This document shows positions 9,622 to 19,847 of a stretch of DNA of 64,000 nt, one piece after another. This DNA is from an archaeon (lineage in GTDB: Archaea; Nanobdellota; Nanobdellia; SCGC-AAA011-G17; PNOQ01): contig JABHIB010000002.1 in the NCBI GenBank assembly GCA_018671245.1, forward strand, positions 141-64,140, given 5' to 3'. The notes beneath the pieces were generated by a model. The model was not told where the DNA came from. It was given only the letters and a program-made list of their open reading frames with translations, and ran no database searches. How positions within the stretch are numbered: the first letter of the stretch is position 1; every line of letters begins with the position of its first letter. A program made the position numbers and the translations under genes.

Positions 9622-10836
9622 ATGATTATTAAAAAGATTAAAGCTAAAAAAATAAAGAATTCTCGTGGTGAGGAAACCATTAAAGTTATTATCAAATCTG
9701 ATATCGGTAAGGGTGAGGGTTCAACTCCAAGTGGCGCTAGTAAGGGCGTACATGAAGTTGCTGCGTTTCCTGAAGCTGGTGTAGATTTTTGTGTTGATGC
9801 AATAAATAAAGAATTAAAAGATGGTCTAATTGGTCTTGAAATTAATTGTTTTTCAGATTTAAAAAAGATTGAAGATATAATTGATTTTAAAAAATATGGT
9901 GGAAATACTGTATTGGCTGTAGAGTATGCTGTGTTAAATTCATTTGATGCTGCTTGGGAAGTTTTAGATCAAAATGCTAAACAGGTTCCTAGGCCGATTG
10001 GAAATGTTATTGGAGGTGGCGCACATATTAAAGGTAATTCATCTCCAGATTTTCAAGAGTTTTTAGTATTTTCTTTAGATTGTAATTCTTTTAGTGATGC
10101 TGTGTTTGCTAATTTTAAGATACATGATCTTGTTAGAAAGAGAATGAAAAAACTTGATGAAAATTTTAATCGTGAAACAAGTGATGAAGGTGCATGGGTA
10201 GCAGATATTTCAAATTATCAGGCTCTTGAATTATTAAGGGGTGCAATTAAAGAAGTATCTAAGGAATTTGGGTTTACAATACATATTGGATTAGATGTTG
10301 CAGCTTCTAGTTTCTATAAAGATGGAAAATATCATTATCATAATTTTTCTGATGAACAAAAAATTAAAGTTTTAACGAGTGCTGAGCAAATAAAATTTAT
10401 TGGTGAGCTTATTGAAAAATATAATTTGAAATATGTTGAAGATGCTTTACACGAAGAGGATTTCGAAGGATTTGCTAAGCTTCGTAAAGAATATAGTAAT
10501 AATTGTATAATTGTTGGAGATGATCTAACTACTACTAACTCTACTAGATTGGATAAAGCTATTAAGAATAACTCTATAAGTGGAATTATTATCAAACCTA
10601 ATCAGATTGGCGGATTAATAGAAACTAAAAAAGTTGTTGATAAAGCGAAGGCTAACAAACTAATTTGTGCTATGAGTCACAGATCTGGAGAGACTAAAGA
10701 TAAGATTCTCGGACATCTTGCTGTAGGGTTTGGTACTCAGTTAATTAAGACTGGAATCTATGGTAGTGAGAGAGAAGTTAAGCTAAAAGAGATAAAATCT
10801 ATAGAGGGCCAAATTAAATTAAAAAAATATAAGTAG
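9622..10836 (+). CDS. eno: enolase
   Basis: PSGASKG, FQEF, GLDVAAS, GDDL, KPNQIG, SHRSGET, IKTG. Confidence 0.95.
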   Translation: MIIKKIKAKKIKNSRGEETIKVIIKSDIGKGEGSTPSGASKGVHEVAAFPEAGVDFCVDAINKELKDGLIGLEINCFSDLKKIEDIIDFKKYGGNTVLAVEYAVLNSFDAAWEVLDQNAKQVPRPIGNVIGGGAHIKGNSSPDFQEFLVFSLDCNSFSDAVFANFKIHDLVRKRMKKLDENFNRETSDEGAWVADISNYQALELLRGAIKEVSKEFGFTIHIGLDVAASSFYKDGKYHYHNFSDEQKIKVLTSAEQIKFIGELIEKYNLKYVEDALHEEDFEGFAKLRKEYSNNCIIVGDDLTTTNSTRLDKAIKNNSISGIIIKPNQIGGLIETKKVVDKAKANKLICAMSHRSGETKDKILGHLAVGFGTQLIKTGIYGSEREVKLKEIKSIEGQIKLKKYK

Positions 10837-10873
10837 AAAACTTTATATAGTCCTTTTTTTCTCGTTTCTTGAT

Positions 10874-11473
10874 ATGGCAGAAGAAAATTATATGGTTCCG
10901 TTGGATAAATATTTAGAAGCCGGAATACACATTGGAACAAAGACTAGAACTAATGCGATGTCTAAATTTATTTACAAAGTTAGATCTGATGGTTTGTCTG
11001 TTCTTAATGTTGAAGAGATCGATAATAGAATTAGAATTGCTTCTAAAATGATTAGTAATTATGAATCTGGTCAGATATTAGTTGCTTGTAGAAGAGAGAA
11101 TGGTTGGAAAGCTGCTAAGTTGTTTGGAAAATTAACTGGTGCAAATGTTTTCATTGGAAGATATCCACCTGGAACTTTAACAAATGTTGATTTGGAAGAT
11201 TTTGTTGAAGCTAAATTAATCATTTCTGTTGATCCAATACCTGATAAGAATGTTATTGATGATGCTAAGAGATTAGGTGTTCCTGTTATTGCGCTTTGTG
11301 ATACTAATAATGAAACTTCTTATATTGATTTAGTAGTTCCTTGTAATAATAAAGGTAAGAAAAGTTTAGGAATAATCTTCTGGATTTTTGCTAAAGAATT
11401 TTTGAAAGCTAAAGGGATTATAAAATCTGATGAAGATATATCAAAAACTATGGATGATTTTACAAGCATATAA
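10874..11473 (+). CDS. rps2: 30S ribosomal protein S2
   Basis: YLEAGIHIGT, GRYPPGTLTN, PCNNKG. Confidence 0.96.
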   Translation: MAEENYMVPLDKYLEAGIHIGTKTRTNAMSKFIYKVRSDGLSVLNVEEIDNRIRIASKMISNYESGQILVACRRENGWKAAKLFGKLTGANVFIGRYPPGTLTNVDLEDFVEAKLIISVDPIPDKNVIDDAKRLGVPVIALCDTNNETSYIDLVVPCNNKGKKSLGIIFWIFAKEFLKAKGIIKSDEDISKTMDDFTSI

Positions 11474-11517
11474 TTGAGTTTGCGTAGAAATTCCTTTTAT
11501 AATTAATTTTTATATTT

Positions 11518-11670
11518 TTATTCTTCTTCACTAGCCGATTCTTCTGTATATGATGAATTATAACCTGCCATAAAACCTTCTTCTTCTGAAGATATTTCGT
11601 CAGATTCTAACTTTTCTTCACATCCACCATCGCCATAGATTGTAGTATTTTCGAAAGTTTCTTCTTCCAT
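11518..11670 (-). CDS. small acidic protein (50 aa), absent from the ORF track
   Basis: Manual translation MEEETFENTTIYGDGGCEEKLESDEISSEEEGFMAGYNSSYTEESASEEE*. Confidence 0.65.
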   Translation of the reverse strand: MEEETFENTTIYGDGGCEEKLESDEISSEEEGFMAGYNSSYTEESASEEE

Positions 11671-11757
11671 ATTATTTGTAATATTGAGTTGTTTTTAAGC
11701 TTTTTGCATGTAAATAATAACCATAGTTTTATATAAATTTTTCAACTATCTTTTTTT

Positions 11758-12618
11758 ATGAGAGCGAGTGTATTTGATGGAAAATATTACAAGAGAAATT
11801 TTGAGGAATTAGATAATCAAATTCGCGAATCTTTCATTTCTGATTTTGGTCCAGGAGAGTTACCCATTAAAAGGGGTGAGGGCTTGGTCAACGGAATAAT
11901 AGTTCCTAACTCATTTTATTCAATTGCTGGACCTTGTTCTGCATGGGCATATAAGGGATTAGGAGAGGCTAGTTTTGCCGAAGTTTACGTTGTTGTAGGC
12001 ACAAATAGTTCTAGTTTTGGTAATATGATTTCTTCTGAAAATTGGTCTACTCCTTTTGGTAAGGTCTCTGTTGATGAAGGTTTTGGAAAGTTACTATTAA
12101 ATTCCCTTAGTTTTGTTCATGTGAATGATATTGCTCATAAAAAAGAGTTCAATATTGAAGTCCAGTTACCATTTTTACAGTTTGTTTCAAAAGATAAATT
12201 ACATGATCTTAAGGTGTTACCTTTAATCCTTAGTAAAGATTCTGATTATGAAAGATTGAGAGATATGGGTAGGATCATTGGAGAATCTGAGAGAAATATT
12301 TGTGTTATAGCTATATCAAATCTTTCACATCGTAAAAAATTTGATAGTCTTGATGTTGAAGTAGATGCTAGGCTTGCAGCAAAGCAGCTAGATAAGGGAG
12401 CTATTAGATTAATTGAAAATATGGATAGCAAAGGATTTTATGACTATGCTACTGGAAAGGGCCTTAGTTTTGATGGAATTGGCCCAATAGTTGTTGCTAT
12501 TGAAGCTTGTAAACTTCTTGGTAGCAGAAGTTCTAAGTTATTGAGGCATTATTCTTCAAGAGAAATTAATAATAATTTTGATGAAGTTATTAATTTTGGT
12601 AGTTTTATTTTTGAATGA
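11758..12618 (+). CDS. MEMO1/AmmeMemoRadiSam protein B family, degenerate metal site
   Basis: WSTPFG, IEVQLPFLQ, LLRHYSS; conserved position after rps2. Confidence 0.85.
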   Translation: MRASVFDGKYYKRNFEELDNQIRESFISDFGPGELPIKRGEGLVNGIIVPNSFYSIAGPCSAWAYKGLGEASFAEVYVVVGTNSSSFGNMISSENWSTPFGKVSVDEGFGKLLLNSLSFVHVNDIAHKKEFNIEVQLPFLQFVSKDKLHDLKVLPLILSKDSDYERLRDMGRIIGESERNICVIAISNLSHRKKFDSLDVEVDARLAAKQLDKGAIRLIENMDSKGFYDYATGKGLSFDGIGPIVVAIEACKLLGSRSSKLLRHYSSREINNNFDEVINFGSFIFE

Positions 12619-12655
12619 AAAGCTTTAAAAGAGATTTGGTTCTTGTTTAATTTCT

Positions 12656-13027
12656 ATGTTATTCGATATATTTAAAGATAATTTAATAATTGCAGATCGT
12701 GCCTTGTATAAAAAGAATGTTATGTTTAAGGTGAAGGGTTTAATGTTTACTAAACCTCTAAAGCATGGTGAGGCAATAATTCTTGAAGCTAAAGATGAGG
12801 GAATTCTCGAAACTACTTTACACATGCTATTTGTTTTTTATCCTATTGATATTCTATGGTTAGATAGTAAGAAAAAAATTGTTGATATAAAACGAGGGGT
12901 TCTTCCATTCAGACCCTGGATAGTTCCGAAAAATCCTGCTAAATTTGTTATTGAGCTGAAGTCTGGTTCGACAAAACCTCTCAAGATTGGCGATGTATTG
13001 GGGTTCAAACAGTCTAATAATTTTTAG
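12656..13027 (+). CDS. DUF192 family protein
   Basis: KGLMF...HMLFVFYPIDILWLD...FVIEL. Confidence 0.85.
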   Translation: MLFDIFKDNLIIADRALYKKNVMFKVKGLMFTKPLKHGEAIILEAKDEGILETTLHMLFVFYPIDILWLDSKKKIVDIKRGVLPFRPWIVPKNPAKFVIELKSGSTKPLKIGDVLGFKQSNNF

Positions 13028-13072
13028 ATATATAGAAAGTTATATAAACAAACTCCTTAAGTTTTAGGGTAT

Positions 13073-14413
13073 ATGAACGTAGAAATTATTGCACTTGGTG
13101 GTTATAGTGAAGTTGGAAAGAATATGACTGCTATAAAAGTGGGAGATGAAATTGTAGTTTTAGATTGTGGATTCTATTTACCTAGTCTTGTAGAGTTTCA
13201 AGAAGGCGGAGGAAATAAAAAATATTTGACTCCTAAAGGTTTACAAAAAATTGGTGCTATTCCTGATGATACATATTTAGAGAGTAACAAAGATAAAGTA
13301 AAAGCTTTTGTGGTTTCTCATGCTCACCTTGATCATGTTGGAGCTATACCTTATGTTGCAGGAAAATATAATGCGCCAGTTATTGCTACACCTTATACTA
13401 TTGAAGTTCTTCGAACTTTAGCAAGAGATGATGATGTAAAAATAAAGAATAAATTAATGCCAACAAAAACTGGTTCAATTATCAAAGTTTCAAAAAATAT
13501 TTCTATTGAATTAATAAATATGACTCACTCAACAATTGATGTTGCTTCTATAGCTGTTCACACACCTGAAGGAGTTATAGTATATACTAATGATTTTAAG
13601 TTTGATAATCATCCTGTAGTTGGTAAGAAACCTGATTATAAACGATTAAAAGAGCTTGGTGATGAAGGAAATGTTAGAGCTTTAATCTTAGATTCTTTGT
13701 ATTCTGCTAAGGGTATGAAAACTCCGTCTGAAAAAGTTGCTAGAGAGCTATTAAAAGATGTTATGCTTGGAGCTGAGAATAAAGGCCATGCAATTTTCAT
13801 AACTAGTTTTGCAAGCCATATGGCTAGATTGAAAAGTATGATCGATTTTGCTAAGAAGTTAGATAGGAAAGTTGTTTTCATGGGAAGATCACTTTCTAAA
13901 TATACTAAGGCTGCAGAAAATGTTGGTTTGGTTGATTATTCTAAGGATGCTAATATTCTTACTTATTCAAGACAGGTTCAGAAAATGCTTAAAACTATCG
14001 AGAAAAATAGGGATAAATATGTTGTTGTTTGTACAGGTAGCCAAGCAGAACCTAATGCTATTCTATCAAGAATTGGAAATAAGCAATTACCTTTTAATTT
14101 TGTTCATGATGATCATATAATTTTCTCTTGTAAAACTATTCCTGTTGAACCTAATATATCTAACAGAGAAAAACTTGAGAAACAGTTGACTAGTAGAGGT
14201 GTTAGAATTTTCAGAGATATTCATGTTTCTGGTCATGGTTCTATAGAAGATATGCGAGATATGATTGATATGGTAAAGCCGGAGATCATAATTCCTGGTC
14301 ATGGAGATTATAAAGTCGTAAGTAATATTGAGCAGTTGACTGATGTAATTGGTTATAAACCTGGGAAAAATTTGATATATTTAACTAATGGAAAATCTCT
14401 CAAGTTAAAATGA
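13073..14413 (+). CDS. rnj: ribonuclease J (beta-CASP)
   Basis: GGYSEVGKNMT, SHAHLDH, DFKFD, TGSQAEP, HVSGH. Confidence 0.93.
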   Translation: MNVEIIALGGYSEVGKNMTAIKVGDEIVVLDCGFYLPSLVEFQEGGGNKKYLTPKGLQKIGAIPDDTYLESNKDKVKAFVVSHAHLDHVGAIPYVAGKYNAPVIATPYTIEVLRTLARDDDVKIKNKLMPTKTGSIIKVSKNISIELINMTHSTIDVASIAVHTPEGVIVYTNDFKFDNHPVVGKKPDYKRLKELGDEGNVRALILDSLYSAKGMKTPSEKVARELLKDVMLGAENKGHAIFITSFASHMARLKSMIDFAKKLDRKVVFMGRSLSKYTKAAENVGLVDYSKDANILTYSRQVQKMLKTIEKNRDKYVVVCTGSQAEPNAILSRIGNKQLPFNFVHDDHIIFSCKTIPVEPNISNREKLEKQLTSRGVRIFRDIHVSGHGSIEDMRDMIDMVKPEIIIPGHGDYKVVSNIEQLTDVIGYKPGKNLIYLTNGKSLKLK

Positions 14414-14562
14414 AAAAAATATTAGCTAGTCTAGCCCTTTTAATTTTAATTGTTAATTTAGTCCTGATGGTTTTAGGTTATCTTGATGCTTTGGTTTTTT
14501 GGGGAGTTTTGGGAGTGGTTGCATTGTTTGCTTTCAAAGGACTGCACAGAATTAAGAAGTGA
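14410..14562 (+). CDS. small membrane protein (50 aa), absent from the ORF track
   Basis: ATGA overlap with rnj stop; MKKILASLALLILIVNLVLMVLGYLDALVFWGVLGVVALFAFKGLHRIKK. Confidence 0.6.
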   Translation: MKKILASLALLILIVNLVLMVLGYLDALVFWGVLGVVALFAFKGLHRIKK

Positions 14563-14776
14563 ATAAGTATGTAAAATTCATAAATTCATAAGTAATATAG
14601 TTAGTTGATTGTAGTGTCCTTTCAAGAATGTTTAAGTTCAGAATTTCTAATATATGATCTAGACTATAATTTAATCGGCGATTATTTTAGATATTTATTT
14701 TTTTTCAGTAAATTTTATATATAGGCAATCCTATATCTTAATATATAATTTCAAACTAAAAAGAGTGGGATAATAA

Positions 14777-15970
14777 ATGGGTAATAAAATAATACTTGGA
14801 ATTTTGGTTTTGGCCGTGATTATGATTTCTAGTTGTAGTCTCCAAATGAGCCCTGAAAGTAAAAGTTTGCAATTAAATGTTCCCGATATTAATCCAAATT
14901 ATTTTTCTAAAGATCTTAATGGAATTATTCATTGTGGTCATGCTAGAGTGGGTTCAACTGGTATTGTTAAGAGTATTATTTATACTGCTGTAGATAATAG
15001 TATGTTAAGGAATATGGATCCAGCTTTAGATGATTATACAGCTATTTGTACTTCTCATGTGACCGATATGTATAGTATGTTTGATGGTGCTGATGATTTT
15101 AATCAGAATATTAGTGATTGGGATGTTAGTAGGGTGACTAGTATGGGGAATATGTTTAATGGTGCTGATGATTTTAATCAACCTATTGGTGATTGGGATG
15201 TTCCAAATGTAACTGATATGCAGAGTATGTTTGCTGGTGCTGATGCTTTTAATCAACATATTGGCGATTGGGACGTTAGTAGTGTTACTAGTATGGATCG
15301 TATGTTTTCTGGTGCTGATGCCTTTAATCAGGATATTAGTGATTGGGACATTAGTAGTGTCACTAATATGGATGGTATGTTTTTGGGTGCTGAGGATTTT
15401 AATCAACCTATTGGCGATTGGAAGGTTAGTAGTGTTACTAGTATGTGGGGTATGTTTTGGGGTGCTGAGAATTTTAATCAACCTATAAAACATTGGAATG
15501 TTAGTAGCGTGACAGATATGCAATATATGTTTGCTGGTACTGATGCTTTTAATCAACCTATTGGTGATTGGGATGTTAGTAGTGTCATTAATATGAGGAA
15601 TATGTTTTTGAGTGCTGATGCTTTTAATCAACCTATTGGTGATTGGGACGTTAGTAGTGTCACTAATATGGACAGTATGTTTTATGATACTGGTGATTTT
15701 AATCAACCTATTGGTGATTGGGACGTTAGTAGTGTCACTAGTATGGATCGTATGTTTTTGGGTGCTGAGGATTTTAATCAACCTATTGGCGATTGGAAGG
15801 TTAGTAGTGTTACTAGTATGTGGGGTATGTTTTGGGGTGCTGAGAATTTTAATCAACCTATAAAACATTGGAATGTTGATAGCGTAGTTTTTTGTAATAA
15901 TTTTAGGTTAAGTTCCGCTTTAATCTGCCCGAATATTCCAGATTTACCAATTTTTTGCACAAACTGTTAA
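14777..15970 (+). CDS. BspA/DUF285 family repeat surface lipoprotein
   Basis: Lipobox-like ISSC; about 11 copies of a 25-aa repeat [23 protein letters not shown]. Confidence 0.9.
   Translation: MGNKIILGILVLAVIMISSCSLQMSPESKSLQLNVPDINPNYFSKDLNGIIHCGHARVGSTGIVKSIIYTAVDNSMLRNMDPALDDYTAICTSHVTDMYSMFDGADDFNQNISDWDVSRVTSMGNMFNGADDFNQPIGDWDVPNVTDMQSMFAGADAFNQHIGDWDVSSVTSMDRMFSGADAFNQDISDWDISSVTNMDGMFLGAEDFNQPIGDWKVSSVTSMWGMFWGAENFNQPIKHWNVSSVTDMQYMFAGTDAFNQPIGDWDVSSVINMRNMFLSADAFNQPIGDWDVSSVTNMDSMFYDTGDFNQPIGDWDVSSVTSMDRMFLGAEDFNQPIGDWKVSSVTSMWGMFWGAENFNQPIKHWNVDSVVFCNNFRLSSALICPNIPDLPIFCTNC
15055..15885 (+). repeat. 75-bp coding tandem repeat array (~11 units)
   Basis: TTTTAATCA(A/G) recurs every 75 bp; a 128-bp block is identical at 15375-15502 and 15750-15877. 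Confidence 0.9.
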
Positions 15971-16013
15971 TATTTTTAGTTAACTTTAATAGTTTCTTTT
16001 AATTCTCTTTTTT

Positions 16014-17192
16014 ATGAAGTTTGCACATTTGGCAGATTGCCACATAGGTGGTTGGTCTGATCTTAAATTAAAAGAGTTGAATATGAGGGTTTTTTCTAAA
16101 TCTATTCAAGAATGCATCAATAGGGAAGTAGATTTTGTTTTGATTGCAGGAGATTTATTCAATACTGCTTTGCCTAGTATTGATTTGATTAAAGAGACTA
16201 CTTTACATTTGAAAAAGTTGAAAGATAGTGAGATCCCTTGTTATATTATTCCTGGAAGTCATGATTATTCTCCTTCTGGTAAAACTATGCTTGATGTTTT
16301 TGAAAATGCAGGTTTAGTTGTTAATGTTGTAAAATTTTCTGAAGTTGATGATAAGGTAAATCTTAAGTTTTGTAGTGATAAAAAAACTGGTGTGAAAATT
16401 ACTGGTTTGTTTGGTAAGAAGGGCGGATTAGAAAAAGGTTATTATGAAGTATTGAATACTAAAAATTTAGAGGATGAACAAGGAAGAAAAATATTCATGT
16501 TTCACACAACTTTAACTGAATTTAAACCCGAACATTTAGCTATGATTTCTTCTGAACCTGCAGCTATTTTACCTAAGGGTTTTGATTATTATGCTGGAGG
16601 GCACCCTCATTATATATTTAATGAAGTTAAGGAACCTTATGGCAAGATAGTTTATCCTGGTGCCTTGTTCCCTAATAATTTCGGCGAATTAGAAAGATTT
16701 GAACATGGAGGATTTTGGATTAATGAATTTGTTGGTGAAGAGATTAATTCCGAATATGTCCCTATTAAATTAAAAGAAGTTAAAAAGTATCGTATTGATC
16801 TTAGTGGTAAGGATTCTAGTCAAGTAAAAGATTATATTTTAGAGAAGATAGAGAGTATTGATGATTGCATTGTTTTACTAAGGCTTGTTGGAACTTTAGA
16901 GTCTGGGAAATTGTCAGATATTGATTTTAAATCATTATTTGATTCCTTAAGTTCTGCATTTATAGTTTTGAAAAATACTTCTGAATTAAAAATAAAAGAA
17001 TTTGAAGAGTTAGATATTATAGATGAAGATAATGTTGAAGAAGAACTTGTTTCTAGACATGAAAAAGATGAAAATTTTGTTAATGGTCTAATTGATTCAC
17101 TAAATACTGAAAAAATGGATGGCGAGAAAAACTTTGATTTTGAAAGTAGGATATTGAATGATTGTTATAAGGTACTAAATTTAGAAAAATGA
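16014..17192 (+). CDS. mre11: DNA repair nuclease Mre11
   Basis: ADCHIG, AGDLFN, PGSHD, GGHPH phosphoesterase motifs; precedes rad50. Confidence 0.92.
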   Translation: MKFAHLADCHIGGWSDLKLKELNMRVFSKSIQECINREVDFVLIAGDLFNTALPSIDLIKETTLHLKKLKDSEIPCYIIPGSHDYSPSGKTMLDVFENAGLVVNVVKFSEVDDKVNLKFCSDKKTGVKITGLFGKKGGLEKGYYEVLNTKNLEDEQGRKIFMFHTTLTEFKPEHLAMISSEPAAILPKGFDYYAGGHPHYIFNEVKEPYGKIVYPGALFPNNFGELERFEHGGFWINEFVGEEINSEYVPIKLKEVKKYRIDLSGKDSSQVKDYILEKIESIDDCIVLLRLVGTLESGKLSDIDFKSLFDSLSSAFIVLKNTSELKIKEFEELDIIDEDNVEEELVSRHEKDENFVNGLIDSLNTEKMDGEKNFDFESRILNDCYKVLNLEK

Positions 17193-19252
17193 AGATAAAA
17201 AGTATTAGATTAAGAAATATACGGAGTTATGTTGATCAGAGAGTTGATTTTCCAAAAGGTAGCATCTTACTAAGTGGGAATATTGGTTCTGGTAAGACTT
17301 CTTTATTATTAGCTATTGATTTTGCATTATTTGGTTTGAGAAGAGGGAATTTATCTGGCTCTGGATTGCTAAGGAAAGGTGCTGAAGAAGGTTCTGTTGA
17401 ACTTGAGTTTGATATTTCTGATAAGAATATTTTGATAAAAAGAAATTTGAAGAAAACTATCAATGGTGTCAGTCAGAGTGCAGGTTATTATAGCGAGGAT
17501 GGATCATCTGAAGACCTTACACCTGTTGAGCTTAAACAGAAGATATTAACCCTATTTAATTATCCAAAAGAGTTTTTGACAAAGTCTAAATCCTTGATAT
17601 ATAATTATACTGTTTATACACCTCAGGAAGAGATGAAGGCTATTCTGCTTGCGGATTCTAAAGAACGATTAAATATACTAAGAAGAGTATTTGGTATTGA
17701 TAAATATAAATTAATTGTTGAGAATTCTAGGATATTAGTTTCTGATTTAAAAGGAAAAAAGAAAGAGTTTGAGATTAGAAGTTCTGATTTAGATAGTTTG
17801 GTTAGTGAAAAGAAAATTAAAGAATTAGAAATAAAAGATTTTGGTAGTTCTTTGGAGAAATTGAAGCAGTCTTTGAATAATGTTTCTGTCGAGATTGAGT
17901 CTAAAAAGAGAGAGTTGGAAGAGTTTGAAGAAAAGAGTAAGAGAAGGGATGGAGTCATGAAGAATCTTGATATTTTAAATAATATAATTGAGAGTCTTGC
18001 TGAAAATTTTAGTAAGAATAATAGTGAGATTAAAAAATTAAATGAGGATATAGATTCACTTGAGGAATCAATCGATGGGAAGAGTGTTGAAAATTCTGAA
18101 TCTCTAAAAAACGAAGTTCTTGAGATAGAAAATGAAATTAGAGTTTTAGAGTCTGAGAATAAACATATTGTTAGAAGTATTGGGGAGATAGAGTTCGGGA
18201 TAAAATCTTCTGAAAAAATAAAGAGTGAAATAGAAGTTATTGACGTTTGTCCTACTTGTAGACAAGAGGTTAGCGAAGCTCATAAGTGTAGTATTGATGA
18301 GAAAGAAGATGTAAATCTGAGGGATTTAAAGAGAAATTTAGAAGAACATAATAAGAAAGAAGATGAAAATGATAAACGTATGTTTGAGTTGAAAGAGAAG
18401 TTAGAAAGATTTAGAATTGTCCAGGGAGATTATAGTGTTTTAAAAATTAAACATGAAAATTTGTTAGAAAAAAGAGAGAGAGTTGCGAATCTAGTAGATG
18501 AAAAATCTCTAATGAAAAAAGAGATTGGTAGTTTTAATTCACAGAAAATTGATTTAAATAAGGTTATGGATAGTTTTCCAGATAACTTTGAAATATTTAA
18601 TAGTCTAAAAAGTAGTGTTGATGAATTATTGAAAAAGAAAAATGAATTGAGTTCCCAATATAGTTCTGTTGAAACTAGGTTTGGTATGCTTTCTGAACGA
18701 ATTGAGAATCTCTCTTCTGAGATTAGTAAAAAATTAGTGTATAGGGAGAGAGTGGTTAAATATTCCCAACTTGTAGATTATATTGAGAAAGAGTTCGTTC
18801 AGTTAATTCAAACTATTGAGAGATCGATGATGAAGAAGGTTCATTCTGATTTCGATGCTTTGTTTAAAACTTGGTTTGGGTCTCTGATCGAAAGCGAAGA
18901 TCTTGAATTAAGTTTAGATTATGAATTTAGTCCAATTATTAGTCAAAATGGGCATGATATTGATTATGGTCATCTAAGTGGTGGTGAAAGAACTGCGGCA
19001 GCTTTGGCATATAGGTTGGCTTTGAATCAAGTGATCAATACAATAATGTCTAGTATAAATACTAAAGATATTCTGATTTTAGATGAACCTACTGATGGTT
19101 TTTCATCTGAACAGGTTGATAAGCTTAGATTAGTTTTGGAAAGTTTAGATGTTGAGCAGACTATTATTGTTAGTCATGATCCTAAAATTGAGAGTTTTGT
19201 TGACGAAGTCATAAGATTTGAGAAGAAAGAGGGCGAGAGTTTCATTTGTTGA
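17189..19252 (+). CDS. rad50: DNA repair ATPase Rad50
   Basis: Walker A GNIGSGKT, zinc hook CPTC, LSGGE, LILDEPT, SHD; long coiled coil. Confidence 0.93.
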   Translation: MKIKSIRLRNIRSYVDQRVDFPKGSILLSGNIGSGKTSLLLAIDFALFGLRRGNLSGSGLLRKGAEEGSVELEFDISDKNILIKRNLKKTINGVSQSAGYYSEDGSSEDLTPVELKQKILTLFNYPKEFLTKSKSLIYNYTVYTPQEEMKAILLADSKERLNILRRVFGIDKYKLIVENSRILVSDLKGKKKEFEIRSSDLDSLVSEKKIKELEIKDFGSSLEKLKQSLNNVSVEIESKKRELEEFEEKSKRRDGVMKNLDILNNIIESLAENFSKNNSEIKKLNEDIDSLEESIDGKSVENSESLKNEVLEIENEIRVLESENKHIVRSIGEIEFGIKSSEKIKSEIEVIDVCPTCRQEVSEAHKCSIDEKEDVNLRDLKRNLEEHNKKEDENDKRMFELKEKLERFRIVQGDYSVLKIKHENLLEKRERVANLVDEKSLMKKEIGSFNSQKIDLNKVMDSFPDNFEIFNSLKSSVDELLKKKNELSSQYSSVETRFGMLSERIENLSSEISKKLVYRERVVKYSQLVDYIEKEFVQLIQTIERSMMKKVHSDFDALFKTWFGSLIESEDLELSLDYEFSPIISQNGHDIDYGHLSGGERTAAALAYRLALNQVINTIMSSINTKDILILDEPTDGFSSEQVDKLRLVLESLDVEQTIIVSHDPKIESFVDEVIRFEKKEGESFIC

Positions 19253-19292
19253 TGTTGGTTAAATTTATAAAACTGTAACAATTTATCTTATT

Positions 19293-19613
19293 ATGGTATT
19301 AAGTGATTTTATATTGGATATTGAAAGTAATAAGATGATTTCAAGTTTTATTGTTGGAGCTTATACAGGTCTTATTGGTGAAATCGCAGATTTGGATAGT
19401 TTGGTTAAGGATAAAAAATTTATATCTGATAGTTCTGAAGTAAATGTTGAGTTTTCAAAAAATGTTATTAGTGGAGTTGTAGGATTGGGACATATAGATT
19501 ATAGCGGCTCTTTAATTGGAGATTTTGGTGAATTATCTGTTTATGGTTTGTCTGCAAGATTAGGTTATAATTTTACAAGTAATTTGGTTAAGAAAATTAA
19601 AAATCATCAGTAA
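19293..19613 (+). CDS. hypothetical protein
   Basis: ORF with upstream TTTATAAA box. Confidence 0.55.
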   Translation: MVLSDFILDIESNKMISSFIVGAYTGLIGEIADLDSLVKDKKFISDSSEVNVEFSKNVISGVVGLGHIDYSGSLIGDFGELSVYGLSARLGYNFTSNLVKKIKNHQ

Positions 19614-19614
19614 A

Positions 19615-19647
19615 GTTTATATATTTTTCATCATTCTTAGTTTTAAA
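19615..19647 (+). promoter_or_regulatory. TATA-containing 33-bp element, near-identical copy at 30519-30551
   Basis: gtttatatatttttcatcattcttagttttaaa; 31/33 identical to the second copy. Confidence 0.5.
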
Positions 19648-19661
19648 TTTTGGGGATAAAA

Positions 19662-19832
19662 ATGAAAAAAATATTTACAATTATATTGGTCTTAGTTTTT
19701 TTGATGAGTTTTGGATTTGTTAGCTCTGGTGACGGCGATTTTATTAAAAAAGTTTATAGTTCTACTGCAAAAGAATTCAATGATTTTCGTGAAAGTGTTC
19801 CGTCTGTTTTGATAAGTTTTATAAATTGTTAA
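19662..19832 (+). CDS. small secreted hypothetical protein
   Basis: MKKIFTIILVLVFLMSFGFVSS signal peptide. Confidence 0.45.
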   Translation: MKKIFTIILVLVFLMSFGFVSSGDGDFIKKVYSSTAKEFNDFRESVPSVLISFINC

Positions 19833-19847
19833 TGGTTTAAGTTTATT

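Noticed and set aside
15026-15868. 280-aa antisense ORF and alternative-frame ORFs over the BspA gene
   Set aside because: Shadows of the 75-bp coding repeat; the plus-strand frame matches a known family.
15055-15885. Possible CRISPR array or DGR template/variable repeat pair
   Set aside because: Units are in-frame coding repeats without unique spacers. The duplicated block is identical, with no adenine-specific mismatches, and no cas or reverse transcriptase gene is in the window.
16014-19252. Mre11-Rad50 as a novel defence nuclease-ATPase pair
   Set aside because: Canonical repair motifs including the zinc hook; ordinary housekeeping, although herA/nurA are not adjacent.
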